DNA from: an uncultured Actinomycetes bacterium
GTDB lineage: Bacteria > Actinomycetota > UBA4738 > HRBIN12
Direction of reading: 5' to 3'
Assembly (NCBI GenBank): GCA_963704885.1
Contig: CAVPIB010000004.1
Span: forward strand, 768,001-832,000
DNA length: 64,000 nt
The position numbers and the translations under genes were made by a program. A model generated the notes under the pieces. The model worked only from the letters and a program-made list of their open reading frames with translations, did no database searches and was not told where the DNA came from. Below, piece by piece: positions 31,012 through 41,033 of the stretch. Positions within the stretch are counted from its first letter, which is position 1; each line of letters opens with the position of its first letter.

Positions 31012-31998
31012 ATGTCCGAGCGACCTAACGTCCTGGTCACCCGCCCCATCATGGAGGGCCCGACCGAGGTGCTTCAGCAACGATGCGACGTCACGATCCA
31101 CCGCAACGAGTTCGGTATCCCGCGCGAGGAGCTGCTCGAGGTCGTTCGCGACCGCGACGCCATCATCACCATGCTCACCGAGCGCGTCGACGCCGAGCTG
31201 CTGGCTGCGGCCGGCCCACAGCTGAAGGTCGTGGCGAACCACGCCGTGGGGTTCGACAACATCGACGTGCCCGCATGCACAAAGGCCGGCGTCCTGGCCA
31301 CGAACACGCCCGACGTCCTCACCGAGACCACGGCCGACACCGCGTTCGCGCTACTGATGGCCGCGGCGCGGCGAGTCGGTGAGGGAGAACGCCTGCTGCG
31401 AGCGCGGAGGCCGTGGATCTGGGGACCGCTGATGATGCTCGGACAAGACGTCCACCACAAGACGATCGGGATCGTGGGGTTCGGACGGATCGGGCAGGCC
31501 GTCGCTCGGCGCGCGAAGGGCTTCGGCATGCGCGTTATCTACGCGGACGCCCTCCAGCTCCCGCCCGAGGTCGAGGCCGAGACCGGGGCGGAGCGGCGTG
31601 AGCTGGACGATCTTCTGGCCCAGGCCGACTTCGTCTCGATCCACACGAACCTCACGCCTGAGACGCGCCACCTCTTCGACGCGGCGGCGTTCGCGCGGAT
31701 GAAGCCGACCGCCGTCCTCGTGAACACCTCACGCGGCCCGGTGGTCGATGAGTCGGCGCTGGCCGACGCGCTCGCGTCCGGCGAGATCTTCGCCGCCGGG
31801 CTCGACGTCTTCGAACGCGAACCTCAGGTGGAGGAGCGCCTCCTGGAACTCGAGAACGTGGTGATGATCCCGCACCTGGGGAGCGCCACCGTCGACACCC
31901 GCGATGCGATGGGCATGCTGGCGGTCGAGAACGTGTTCGCCGCGCTCGACGGAGCGCGTCCACCGACGTTGTTGAACCCGGACGCGTTCGCGGGATGA
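31012..31998 (+). CDS. D-glycerate dehydrogenase / hydroxypyruvate-glyoxylate reductase
   Basis: AVGFDNIDV, TNTPDVLTETTAD, GFGRIG, VNTSRGPVVDE, GLDVFEREP and PHLGSAT; RBS GGAGGAG. Confidence 0.9.
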   Translation: MSERPNVLVTRPIMEGPTEVLQQRCDVTIHRNEFGIPREELLEVVRDRDAIITMLTERVDAELLAAAGPQLKVVANHAVGFDNIDVPACTKAGVLATNTPDVLTETTADTAFALLMAAARRVGEGERLLRARRPWIWGPLMMLGQDVHHKTIGIVGFGRIGQAVARRAKGFGMRVIYADALQLPPEVEAETGAERRELDDLLAQADFVSIHTNLTPETRHLFDAAAFARMKPTAVLVNTSRGPVVDESALADALASGEIFAAGLDVFEREPQVEERLLELENVVMIPHLGSATVDTRDAMGMLAVENVFAALDGARPPTLLNPDAFAG

Positions 31999-32014
31999 CC
32001 CCGGTGTCCGATCG
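31909..32014 (+). repeat. Copy 1 of a diverged direct repeat of about 105 bp (reductase 3' end plus ppc-like start)
   Basis: atgggcatg...aacccggacgcgttcgcgggatgaccccggtg matches 34995-35101. Confidence 0.85.
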
Positions 32015-32140
32015 CGACGCCGGCCCGTGTTGGCGACCGCTCTCCGCGATCAGCTCGACGTGGATCCGATGATCGTCACGCCGGCTGCCTCGCCATCGAC
32101 GCCTCGTCAACGCGCGCCGGCCGTACGAGTCTGAACCAGA

Positions 32141-33562
32141 CTAGAAGGGGTTCGTTGCCGGTTCGGTTCCCGGCGGCCAGCCCGGATAGTCCTCCGGATA
32201 GTCGAACGCGTCACCGTAGGTCTTCGCTTTCTGGGACGCGATCTCGGGCGCGCGAGGCTTCGCGGAGAAGTCGAACACGTGCTCGAAGTTGTGCGTGTTC
32301 GCGATCCGGGGCGTGAGGTAGCTCAAGCCCCAGTTGTCCGCGATGAACCGCAGGGGGGTCGAGAACTCGCCGACCTCGTCGTCGATCAAGCCTCGCCGCG
32401 CATAGGGGGAGATCGTGAGCAACGGCACCCGGAACCCGAGGCTGACCTCGTTGATCACCGGCGGCATGACGCTGTCGTAGAACCCTCCCCACTCGTCCCA
32501 GGTGATGAAGATCGCGGTGTGCTCCCACATGTCGCTCTTCATCACCGCGTTCACAACGTCCGTCAACCAGTTGTGCGCGAACGACGAGCTCGCCGGTGGA
32601 TGATCGGAGAGCGCGAACTGGGGCGTGACCCAGGTGACGGCCGGTAGCGCGTTCGTCTCGATATCGTCGATCAGCCGATCGACCGAGTTCGCCGCGTGCT
32701 TTCGCCACAGTTCAGTGTGGAAGACGCCGTCGACCGCGTTGAACGCGTTCCAGAAGTAGCCCACCTGGCCGGGGGCCGCCGAGTAGTAGCGCCAGTCCAC
32801 GCCGATCTCGGTGAGCTGTTCGCCCACCGTCTTGAACTGGAAGCACGTGTCGTGCTTCGTGAGGTTCCCTTGGCCGTCCTTGACCATCACGAAGACGTCG
32901 TCACCGAGCGCATCGCACCCCCAGCTCTTGAACTTCTTCGCGCCGTCGACGCGCGCCTCGATGTTCTCTGGGTTGTCGATCACCCCGCCGGACTGCCCGG
33001 CGATGAAGAAGAAGTGGTTCGGATAGGAGGGTCCGAGCGCGGAGGCGAAGAAGTTGTCGGACAGGGCGTATTCGCGCGCCCAGGACCAGTAGTTCGGCAG
33101 CTGCTCCTCCTGGAACTGCGAGTAGGACCACGGGTCGCCGTACGCCCCACCGGCGAACCCGTCCAGCTTGCCGTCGTTCAGGCAGTTCAGCGCGGCCGCG
33201 TAGTCGTGCGGGAGGTCACCCGGGAGCCAGTCGAGGCACCGGATCAGCGGCGTCTCCTGCCCCCACTTCACGCCGACCCTTGCTCCGTTCACGCCGGGGA
33301 AGCGGCCGAAGAGGTTGTCGAAGCTCCGGTTCTCCATCATCACGTAGAGCACGCGTTTGATCGGCCACCGGGTGTCGATCGCCGGGGTCGCGTCGCTCAC
33401 GGCGTGGATCACCTTTCCGCCGGTGCACGAAAAGAGCACGCCACCCGCCACGGCCATGGCGGAACCCTGCAGGAACTTGCGGCGGCTGAGGGCCAGCGGG
33501 TGCGCGTCGCCGCGTTCTTCGTCGTTGGGGTGAACCCGCTCGGGCATGCCCATCAGTTCCAC
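32141..33562 (-). CDS. Tat-exported phosphoesterase / phospholipase C family protein
   Basis: SRRKFLQ twin-arginine signal; MMENRSFDNLFG, DNFF..GPSYPNH, TWDEWGGFYD and GFRVP. Confidence 0.88.
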   Translation of the reverse strand: MELMGMPERVHPNDEERGDAHPLALSRRKFLQGSAMAVAGGVLFSCTGGKVIHAVSDATPAIDTRWPIKRVLYVMMENRSFDNLFGRFPGVNGARVGVKWGQETPLIRCLDWLPGDLPHDYAAALNCLNDGKLDGFAGGAYGDPWSYSQFQEEQLPNYWSWAREYALSDNFFASALGPSYPNHFFFIAGQSGGVIDNPENIEARVDGAKKFKSWGCDALGDDVFVMVKDGQGNLTKHDTCFQFKTVGEQLTEIGVDWRYYSAAPGQVGYFWNAFNAVDGVFHTELWRKHAANSVDRLIDDIETNALPAVTWVTPQFALSDHPPASSSFAHNWLTDVVNAVMKSDMWEHTAIFITWDEWGGFYDSVMPPVINEVSLGFRVPLLTISPYARRGLIDDEVGEFSTPLRFIADNWGLSYLTPRIANTHNFEHVFDFSAKPRAPEIASQKAKTYGDAFDYPEDYPGWPPGTEPATNPF

Positions 33563-33611
33563 CTAGGTTCGGAGTTACCGGTGACCTCGCGCGGTGTCGC
33601 ACCCCCTAGGG

Positions 33612-34742
33612 TCATACGATGGCATCCTCACGCGGGTCGTACGCACAAGCGGGGTCCTCCCCCAACGGATCGCCGGTCGCGGCGAACGCTCGGGCACGCG
33701 ATCCGCCGCACACGTCGGCGAACTCACACGCCCCGCACCGGCCGCTGAACTCCGCGGCCCGGATCGAGCGAAGCAGCGGATGGTCCCGATAGAGGTCGAC
33801 GATGCTGTCCGTTCGCACGTTTCCGAGCCGGTACGGCAGGAAGCCCGCCGGGTAGACATCGCCGTCGTGCGACACGAACAGGATGCCCTTGCCGTCCCTC
33901 GTGCCGACGCTTTGGGCTCGGGAGTCTCCCGGCTCCCCGAGATCTTGCCGCAGGCGCACAGCCAGTCGCCGATAGAGCGCTCCGAGGCCGGCCGCGAAGA
34001 CCGGGTCGGCTGTCGGCTCCAGGTCGCGCCGCTCCGCCACGACGCGTCGGAAGAACGGCCCCTCCACCGTGCGGACGATGAAGCCGTAGCGTGAGGCGTC
34101 ATAGAGGAAGTGGGCGACGTCCTCGTTCTCCCCAGGCGTGAGGTCCTCGAGCTCGGATCCCCGGCCCACCCGGATCAAGAAGAAGACCTCCCAGATGTGG
34201 GCTCCCCAACGGGCAACGAGGGAGGCGATGTCGGCCAGCTGTTCGACGTTGCGCCGCAACACGGTGGTGTTGATCTGAACGGAGATGCCTTCATCGACCA
34301 GCAGCCGCACAGCCGCCTCCGTCTCCCCGAGATGCCCAGCCACTCCACGAACGCCTTCATGCGTTACCGCGTCGGCTCCGTCGAGGCTGATCGATACGGT
34401 CTTGGCACCGACCTCTCGCATCCGCCGTGCCACGTCGCGCGTGAGCAGCGGTGTGACGCTCGGGGCGAAGCCGATCGGCATCCCGTACGCGCGGGCATGG
34501 CGCGCCAGATCGAACAGGTCGCTCCGCATGAACGGGTCACCGCCGGTGAAGACGATCACCGGGGAGCGCGGAGTGAACCCTCGCAGGTCGTCGATCAGCT
34601 TCAGTCCCTGCTCGGGGGTCAACTCACCGGGCTGCGGTTGGGCGATCGCCTCGGCCCGGCAGTGCCGGCATGCCAGGCCGCACGCCTTGGTCGTCTCCCA
34701 GAACAGCAGGATCGGCGCCTGCTCGAAGTTCACCGATGACAC
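33612..34742 (-). CDS. Radical SAM/SPASM protein (TIGR04053/NirJ-AhbD-like)
   Basis: WETTKACGLACRHCRA (CX3CX2C), FTGGDP, SLDGA and C-terminal CGACEFADVCGGSRARA..DPAC. Confidence 0.85.
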   Translation of the reverse strand: MSSVNFEQAPILLFWETTKACGLACRHCRAEAIAQPQPGELTPEQGLKLIDDLRGFTPRSPVIVFTGGDPFMRSDLFDLARHARAYGMPIGFAPSVTPLLTRDVARRMREVGAKTVSISLDGADAVTHEGVRGVAGHLGETEAAVRLLVDEGISVQINTTVLRRNVEQLADIASLVARWGAHIWEVFFLIRVGRGSELEDLTPGENEDVAHFLYDASRYGFIVRTVEGPFFRRVVAERRDLEPTADPVFAAGLGALYRRLAVRLRQDLGEPGDSRAQSVGTRDGKGILFVSHDGDVYPAGFLPYRLGNVRTDSIVDLYRDHPLLRSIRAAEFSGRCGACEFADVCGGSRARAFAATGDPLGEDPACAYDPREDAIV

Positions 34743-34994
34743 GAGCCGATCCTTCCGCGAGGGCGGCGGAGCGTGGAGGAGCGATGTGCCGCGCCACGAT
34801 CCAACGACGTTCGTCATCCTCTCGCTTCAGGGAACTCGCTTCACGGCCGTAGGTCCCGTATCCGTCGGGACCACCGTCGTTGTTGGCCGTGATGCCGGGG
34901 CCACGATCACCTAGGTCGCGGACGATTCCCCTTGCGGACCACGGTCGGTTCGAAGACTATCCGCGGTGCCGGCACCTGTCCCATAATCGATCCC

Positions 34995-35084
34995 ATGGGC
35001 ATGCTCGCCGTGCAGAACGTATTCGCCACGCTCGACGTTGTGCGTCCACCCACCTTGCTCAACCCGGACGCGTTCGCGGGATGA
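34995..35084 (+). repeat. Copy 2 of the direct repeat; an intact 29-aa mini-ORF overlapping the ppc start (ATGA)
   Basis: MGMLAVQNVFATLDVVRPPTLLNPDAFAG* versus reductase C-terminus MGMLAVENVFAALDGARPPTLLNPDAFAG*. Confidence 0.85.
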
Positions 35085-37479
35085 CCCCGGTGGTCCGATC
35101 GACCGGGCCCCGCTCGCTACAGCTGCGGCAGAACGTCCGCCTCTTGACCACCATGCTCGGAGACGCGATCGCCGAGAGCGGGGGCGAGGAGTTGCTCGCC
35201 CGGGTCGAGGCCCTGCGGACGGCGGCGATCGCCCTGCGCGGACGAGCCACAGAGGCACGTCGCGAACGCGTGGCGGCCCTGGTCGCGGAGCTCGACACAC
35301 CACAGGCGGAGGACGTGATCCGGGCCTTCACCTGCTACTTCCAGCTGGTGAACCTGGCCGAGGAGCGGCAACGGGTGCGCACCCTGCGGACGCGGAGCCG
35401 CTCGGGCAAGCCCGTCAAGGACTCGATCGCCGCGCTCGAGGCGGATCCGTCCGCGTACGACGGCCTTCTGATCATGCCCGTGCTCACCGCGCACCCGACC
35501 GAGGCGAAGCGACGTGCCGTGGTCGAGCACCTCTGGCGGATCGGCGCCCTCCTGGAACAGGTGGAGGATCTGCCGATGGGCGCCTCCGATGAGCAGGAGG
35601 TTCGGCGACGCATGCGCGAGGAGATCGCAGGGCTCTGGCGCACGGATCCCATCCGCCGCCACCGCCCCGAGCTGCTCGACGAGGTGCGCGCCGTGCTGGC
35701 CCTCTTCGACCAGACGATCTTCACCGCGCTGCCCTCTGTCTACCGCGAGATGGACCGTAAGCTCGACGCCGAAGGCTGCGGCCGGCGCCCGCCCGCGTTC
35801 CGACCCTTCCTACGGTGGGGCACGTGGGTCGGGGGCGACCGGGATGGGAACCCGCGCGTGACCGCCGAGGTCACTCGCGCAGCCATGGCGATCCAGTCGG
35901 ATCACGTGCTCCGCGGATTGGAGGCCGCGTCGCGGCGGATCGCCAGGACGCTCGCCGTCTCGGACCGGGACGTACCGCCGAGTGTGGCGCTTCGCCGAGC
36001 GCTGGAGCGCGATGCCAAGGCGTTGCCGGCCGAGGCGCGCGAGCTGGGGCGGATCCACCCCGACGCCCCACACCGGCGGAAGCTCGGCCTGGCCGCCCAT
36101 CGCCTTGCCGCCACGCGCACCGGCTCTCACGGCGGCTACGAGGGTCCCGGGACCTTCCTTCGAGATCTCGACGTATTGCAGCACTCGCTCGACACGGCCG
36201 GGGCGCCGCGCCTGGCGTGGGGCGAGCTTCAGCATCTGCGTTGGCAGGTGGAGACGTTCGGTTTCCACCTCGCGGCCATGGAGGTCCGGCAGCATTCGAG
36301 CGTGCTCGAGGCCGCTCGCGCTGAGCTGTCGGCGGCGGAGCCGGGAGGCGCCGCCAAGCCCTCTGCCCGGACGCGTGAGGTGCTCGCCACGTTCCGAGCG
36401 ATCGCCGACATCCAGGCCTGCGGCGCGCCGGTTGTTGAAGCGCCTCGGCGGGGAGCTCGAGGTGATGGTCGGCTACTCGGACTCTGCCAAGGAGGTCGGG
36501 ATGCTCGCCGCGAACCTCGAGCTGTACGCAGCCCAGCGTGCGATGGCGTCGTGGGCGCGGGAACGAAGCGTCCGTCTGACGATCTTCCACGGGCGCGGCG
36601 GCGCGCTCGGGCGGGGCGGCGGACCGGCGAGCCGTGCGATCGAGGCCGAACCCCCCGGATCGGTCGCCGGGGCGGTTCAAGGTGACGGAGCAGGGCGAGG
36701 TGGCGTTCGCGCGGTACGGGAACGCCGCGCTCGCTCGACGGCACCTGGAGCAGCTCACGAGCGCCGTTGTGCGAGCGAGCGCGCACGACATCGTTCACGA
36801 CCCGGCGGATCGCTTCACGGCCGAGACCGAGGCGATGTCCGAAGCGTCACGGCAGCGGTACGAGGATCTGGTGCACGCCGACGGCTTCATCGAGTTCTTC
36901 CGGCGCGTCACGCCGATCGCGCAGATCGGCACGCTCCCGATCGCCTCCCGCCCGGTCGGCCGCGGGATGAGCGCAACGACGGCGCTCGAAGACCTGCGCG
37001 CGATCCCGTGGGTGTTCGCCTGGGGATAGAGCCGGGTGAACCTGACTGGCTGGTACGGGCTCGGGACCGGGCTGAAAGCGGTGGCGTCTCGCCGGGGAGG
37101 GCTGACGCGTCTGCGGACCGTGGCTCGCGAGTGGCCGTTCTTCGCCACGCTCTTGGAGAACGCCGAGCTGTCGCTCGCCAAGGCGGACCCCGCGATCGCC
37201 GAGCTGTACCTGGCGCGCGGCGACCGGCCGGACCTGTCAGCCGCGATCCGCGAGGAGCTCGAACTGACCACCGACCTGGTCCTATCCGTTTCCGGCCACA
37301 CCCGGCTGCTGGACTCCAAGCCCGACCTTCAGCGCGCGATCGAGTACCGCAACCCCTACGTGGACGCGCTGTCGTTCCTACAAGTGCGGTTCTTGGGAGA
37401 GCCCGACGACCTCAAAGCAGAACGCCTGGTCCAGGCCACGATCAGCGGGGTGGCGGCGGGCCTGCAGAACACCGGGTAA
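35081..37479 (+). CDS. ppc: Phosphoenolpyruvate carboxylase; apparent internal deletion and frameshift near 36420, second frameshift near 36670
   Basis: VLTAHPTE, WVGGDRDGNP, VMVGYSDSAKE, FHGRGGALGRGGGP, VTEQGE, LRAIPWVFAW, RNPYVDALS and AAGLQNTG across three frames; conserved PLFET segment not found. Confidence 0.88.
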
Positions 37480-37673
37480 GGAAGCGGCGATCGACTCCTT
37501 GGGTGTTCCGTACGGTGGGATCGTCATCCCGATCTGTGGAACATCACATGCTGAGATCCCCCCGAGGGCGTCGCAGCCCGACGTCGCAGCCCAAGTGGAA
37601 GGTCGAGCGCGTGAGAACTCACTGGCCTGCCGGTCCCCGTTCGCCCGACTATCGCAGGTCAGGGGCGGTCGCC

Positions 37674-37704
37674 TATACTCGGAGGCTCCCTGAACGGCCA
37701 TTCA
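37674..37704 (+). promoter_or_regulatory. Putative -10 box (TATACT) and downstream near-palindromic operator TGAACGGCCATTCA
   Basis: TATACT at 37674-37679 and inverted repeat at 37691-37704, upstream of the aminotransferase-mcl-mtkAB operon. Confidence 0.45.
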
Positions 37705-37750
37705 AACCATCCGGTCGATACAGGCGTTCTTGAGGAAGAAGGAGTCCGTC

Positions 37751-38890
37751 ATGACCGAGCTCAGGACCACTATCCCGCCGATCCACCCCGGAGACCGGCT
37801 CCTCTGCGGGCCCGGGCCATCGAACGTTCACCCGAAGGTGCTCGAGGCGATGCAGCTGCCGATCAACGGCCACCTCGATCCGGACTTCTGGGATCTGCTT
37901 CTCGACCTGGTCGAGGGCATGAAGGCGCTCTGGCGCCGTCCTGACGGGCTCTCGCTCTGTTTCAGCGCCAGCGGCACATCTGGCATGGAGGCCGGGTTGG
38001 CGAACCTCGTGGAGCCCGGTGACCCGGTGATCGTGATACACGCTGGGTTCTTCGGCGCACGCATCGCGGAGATGGCGCGCCGAGCCGGTGCAGAGCTGAT
38101 CGAGCTCACCGCGCCGCTCGGGCAGATCGTGCCGCTCGACCAGGTGGCCGATGCGCTCGCTAAGCACCCCGACACCAAGCTCGTGGGAGTGGTCCACGCC
38201 GAGACCTCGACCGGTGTGCGCTTCCCGGTGAAGGAGCTGGGAGCGGTGATCGCCTCGAGCGGCGCGGACGACGCGCTCCTGATGGCCGACTGCGTCACGT
38301 CGCTCGGCGGAGAAGAGGTCTCGCCCGTCGAGTGGGGCATCGACTACGCCCACTCATGCTCGCAGAAGTCGCTCGGTTGTCCGCCGGGGCTCGCGCCGTT
38401 CAGCCTTTCGCCCCGCGGCCTGGAGCGGATCCGCCACCGCAAGGCGGCCACGTCGTTCAGCTTCGACATCGATCTTCTGGAGAAGTACTGGATCGAACGA
38501 CCGATCACCTACCACCACACCATGCCGATCCTGCAGTACTACGCGCTGTACGAGGGCATCCGGCTGTCGCTCGAAGAGGGCCTAGAGAGCAGGTGGGCTC
38601 GCCACGAGGACGCCGGCCGCTACTTCCAGAACCAGATGCGCGACCGTGGCTACACGTTCCTGTCGGACCCCGACCATCAGCTGTGGGAGCTGTCGGCTAT
38701 CGACGTGCCCGAAGGCGTGGACGGCAAAGAGGTCCAAACGAAGATCCTGCGCGGGTTCGGGATCGAGGTGGGCGGAGGCCTCGGACCCACGGCTCCTCCC
38801 ATCTGGCGCGTCGGCCTGATGGGAGTGAACGCGAACCGCGAGACGGCCGATCGGGTGATCGACGCGTTCGACGCCGTCCTGCCACGGTAA
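37751..38890 (+). CDS. Class V aminotransferase, alanine/serine-glyoxylate family
   Basis: LLCGPGPSNV, SGTSGMEA, VHAETSTGV, DCVTSLGG, CSQKSL (PLP Lys), YHHT and WRVGLMG. Confidence 0.88.
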   Translation: MTELRTTIPPIHPGDRLLCGPGPSNVHPKVLEAMQLPINGHLDPDFWDLLLDLVEGMKALWRRPDGLSLCFSASGTSGMEAGLANLVEPGDPVIVIHAGFFGARIAEMARRAGAELIELTAPLGQIVPLDQVADALAKHPDTKLVGVVHAETSTGVRFPVKELGAVIASSGADDALLMADCVTSLGGEEVSPVEWGIDYAHSCSQKSLGCPPGLAPFSLSPRGLERIRHRKAATSFSFDIDLLEKYWIERPITYHHTMPILQYYALYEGIRLSLEEGLESRWARHEDAGRYFQNQMRDRGYTFLSDPDHQLWELSAIDVPEGVDGKEVQTKILRGFGIEVGGGLGPTAPPIWRVGLMGVNANRETADRVIDAFDAVLPR

Positions 38891-38895
38891 CCGGC

Positions 38896-39861
38896 ATGGC
38901 GCGCAAGGACCGACCGCACCGCAGCGAGCTCGCCGTTCCCGGCACCAACACCAGGGCCATGGCCAAGGCACCCACGCTCGAGGCCGACCTGGTCTTCCTC
39001 GACCTCGAGGACTCGGTGGCGCCCGACGACAAGGAGCAAGCCCGCGCGAACGTGATCGAGTCGCTGCTTGGACAGGACTGGACGCCCTGCGCCGTCAGCG
39101 TCCGCGTGAACGGCCTGGACACCCACTGGTGCTACCGAGACGTGGTCGACGTGGTAGAGCAGGCCGGTGGGGTGCTGGACACGGTGCTCGTCCCCAAGGT
39201 GGGCTCGGCCTCCGACGTGGAGTTCGTGGCCACGCTGCTGGATCAGATCGAGCAGCGCAACGGCTGGGCCCCAGGAGGGATCGGCATCCACATCCTGATC
39301 GAGACCGCGAAAGGCATGGCCAACGTCGAGGCCATCTCGCGCGCCCGGCCAGATCGCCTGGAGGCCATGGTGTTCGGCGTGGCGGACTACGCGGCGAGCG
39401 TCCGCGCCCGCACCACGAACATAGGCGGCGCCAACCCCGACTACGCCGTGCTCACGGACCCCGACGCCGCCGGCGAACGCCAGCTGCACTGGGGCGACCA
39501 GTGGCACTTCGGCATCTCGCGCATGGTCGCGGCCTGCCGCGCCGAAGGGCTCCGTCCGATCGACGGACCCTTCGGCGACTTCGAGGACGCGGAGGGGTTC
39601 CGCGCGGCGGCGCGACGCGCCGCCGCGCTCGGGTGCGAGGGGAAGTGGGCGATCCACCCCTCGCAGGTGGCGCTCGCGAACGAAGTCTTCACGCCATCGG
39701 AGGCCGAGGTCGAGAAGGCCAGGCGGATCTTGGAGGCCATGGAGCAGGCGGCGAAGGAAGGCAAGGGCGCCGTGGCGCTCGACGGCCGGCTGATCGACGC
39801 CGCGTCGATCCGCATGGCAGAGGCGCTGATCGCGAAGGTCGACCAGATCGACGCTCGATGA
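38896..39861 (+). CDS. mcl: L-malyl-CoA/beta-methylmalyl-CoA lyase
   Basis: RSELAVPG, FLDLEDSVAPDDKEQAR, LIETAKG, FGVADYAAS and HWGDQWH..GLRPIDGPFGDF..GKWAIHPSQ match proteobacterial Mcl motifs as recalled. Confidence 0.85.
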   Translation: MARKDRPHRSELAVPGTNTRAMAKAPTLEADLVFLDLEDSVAPDDKEQARANVIESLLGQDWTPCAVSVRVNGLDTHWCYRDVVDVVEQAGGVLDTVLVPKVGSASDVEFVATLLDQIEQRNGWAPGGIGIHILIETAKGMANVEAISRARPDRLEAMVFGVADYAASVRARTTNIGGANPDYAVLTDPDAAGERQLHWGDQWHFGISRMVAACRAEGLRPIDGPFGDFEDAEGFRAAARRAAALGCEGKWAIHPSQVALANEVFTPSEAEVEKARRILEAMEQAAKEGKGAVALDGRLIDAASIRMAEALIAKVDQIDAR

Positions 39862-41033
39862 ACATCCACGAGTACCAGGCGAAGGAGCTGCTCCGGTCCT
39901 ACCGCATCACCACGCCCCGGGGCGAGGTCGTCTACACCGCGAAGGCCGCCGCCCGGGTCGCCGAGGACCTGGGCGGCAGCCGTTGGGTCGTGAAGTCGCA
40001 GATCCATGCCGGCGGACGCGGCAAGGCCGGAGGCGTTCGCATGGCGACCACGCCGGAGCAGACCGCCGAGATCGCCGACCAGATGCTCGGCTCCACCCTC
40101 GTCACCGATCAGACCGGATCGGAGGGACAGCACGTGAGCCGGCTTCTGGTGGAGCGCGCCTCACGGATCGAGCGGGAGTTCTACCTCTCGCTCGTGGTGG
40201 ACCGGGACTCCCAGCGGGTGGTCGTGATCGCGAGTGCCGAGGGCGGCATGGACATCGAACAGGTGGCCGCGAGCGATCCAGACGCGATCCACACCGAGTA
40301 CATCGACCCCGGCGTGGGGCTGCTCGACTTCCAGTGCCGCAAGATCGCCGACGCGATAGGCCTTGGCAACCGCACAACATCGTTCACTCGGCTGCTGAAG
40401 CGCATCTATCGGCTGTTCCGCGACAAAGACTGCCTGCTGCTCGAGATCAACCCGTTCATCGAGGCCGAGGACGGCGAGCTGGTGGCGCTCGACTGCAAGA
40501 TGAGCTTCGACGACAACGCCCTTCACCGCCAGGGCGACGTGGTGGAGCTTCGGGACTTCGACGAGGAGGACCCTAAGGAGGTCGAGGCATCCGGGCATGG
40601 CCTCAACTACATCGCTCTGGACGGCGCCGTGGGCTGCATCGTGAACGGGGCGGGGCTGGCCATGGCGACGATGGACGCGATCGTCCACCACGGCGGGCGC
40701 CCGGCGAACTTCCTGGACGTGGGAGGCGGAGCCAGCCCCGAGAAGATCGCGAACGCGTTCAGGATCGTGCTGAAGGATCCGAACGTGAAGACGATCCTGG
40801 TGAACATCTTCGCCGGCATCAACCGATGCGACTGGATCGCCCAAGGCGTGGTCCAGGCCACGCGCGACCAGGCCGTCGAGGTGCCGGTGATCGTCCGTCT
40901 GGCGGGAACCAACGTCGACGAGGGCCGCGCGATCTTAGATGCGAGCGGCCTGGCACTGGTCCAGGCCGAAGACCTGGACGATGCCGCGCACAAGGCCGTC
41001 GCCGCCGCTTCCTCGGCGGAGGTGCCGGCGTGA
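39858..41033 (+). CDS. mtkA: Malate--CoA ligase beta subunit (SucC-like)
   Basis: MNIHEYQAKE, VKSQIHAGGRGKAGG and NGAGLAMATMD; NIFAGINRCDWIA is MtkA-like rather than SucC NIFGGI.RCD.IA; ATGA overlap with mcl. Confidence 0.78.
   Translation: MNIHEYQAKELLRSYRITTPRGEVVYTAKAAARVAEDLGGSRWVVKSQIHAGGRGKAGGVRMATTPEQTAEIADQMLGSTLVTDQTGSEGQHVSRLLVERASRIEREFYLSLVVDRDSQRVVVIASAEGGMDIEQVAASDPDAIHTEYIDPGVGLLDFQCRKIADAIGLGNRTTSFTRLLKRIYRLFRDKDCLLLEINPFIEAEDGELVALDCKMSFDDNALHRQGDVVELRDFDEEDPKEVEASGHGLNYIALDGAVGCIVNGAGLAMATMDAIVHHGGRPANFLDVGGGASPEKIANAFRIVLKDPNVKTILVNIFAGINRCDWIAQGVVQATRDQAVEVPVIVRLAGTNVDEGRAILDASGLALVQAEDLDDAAHKAVAAASSAEVPA

Noticed and set aside
32015-34994. Integrative mobile element (prophage/ICE/IS)
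   Set aside because: Flanking repeats exist, but there is no integrase, transposase or terminal inverted repeat; kept only as an insertion scar
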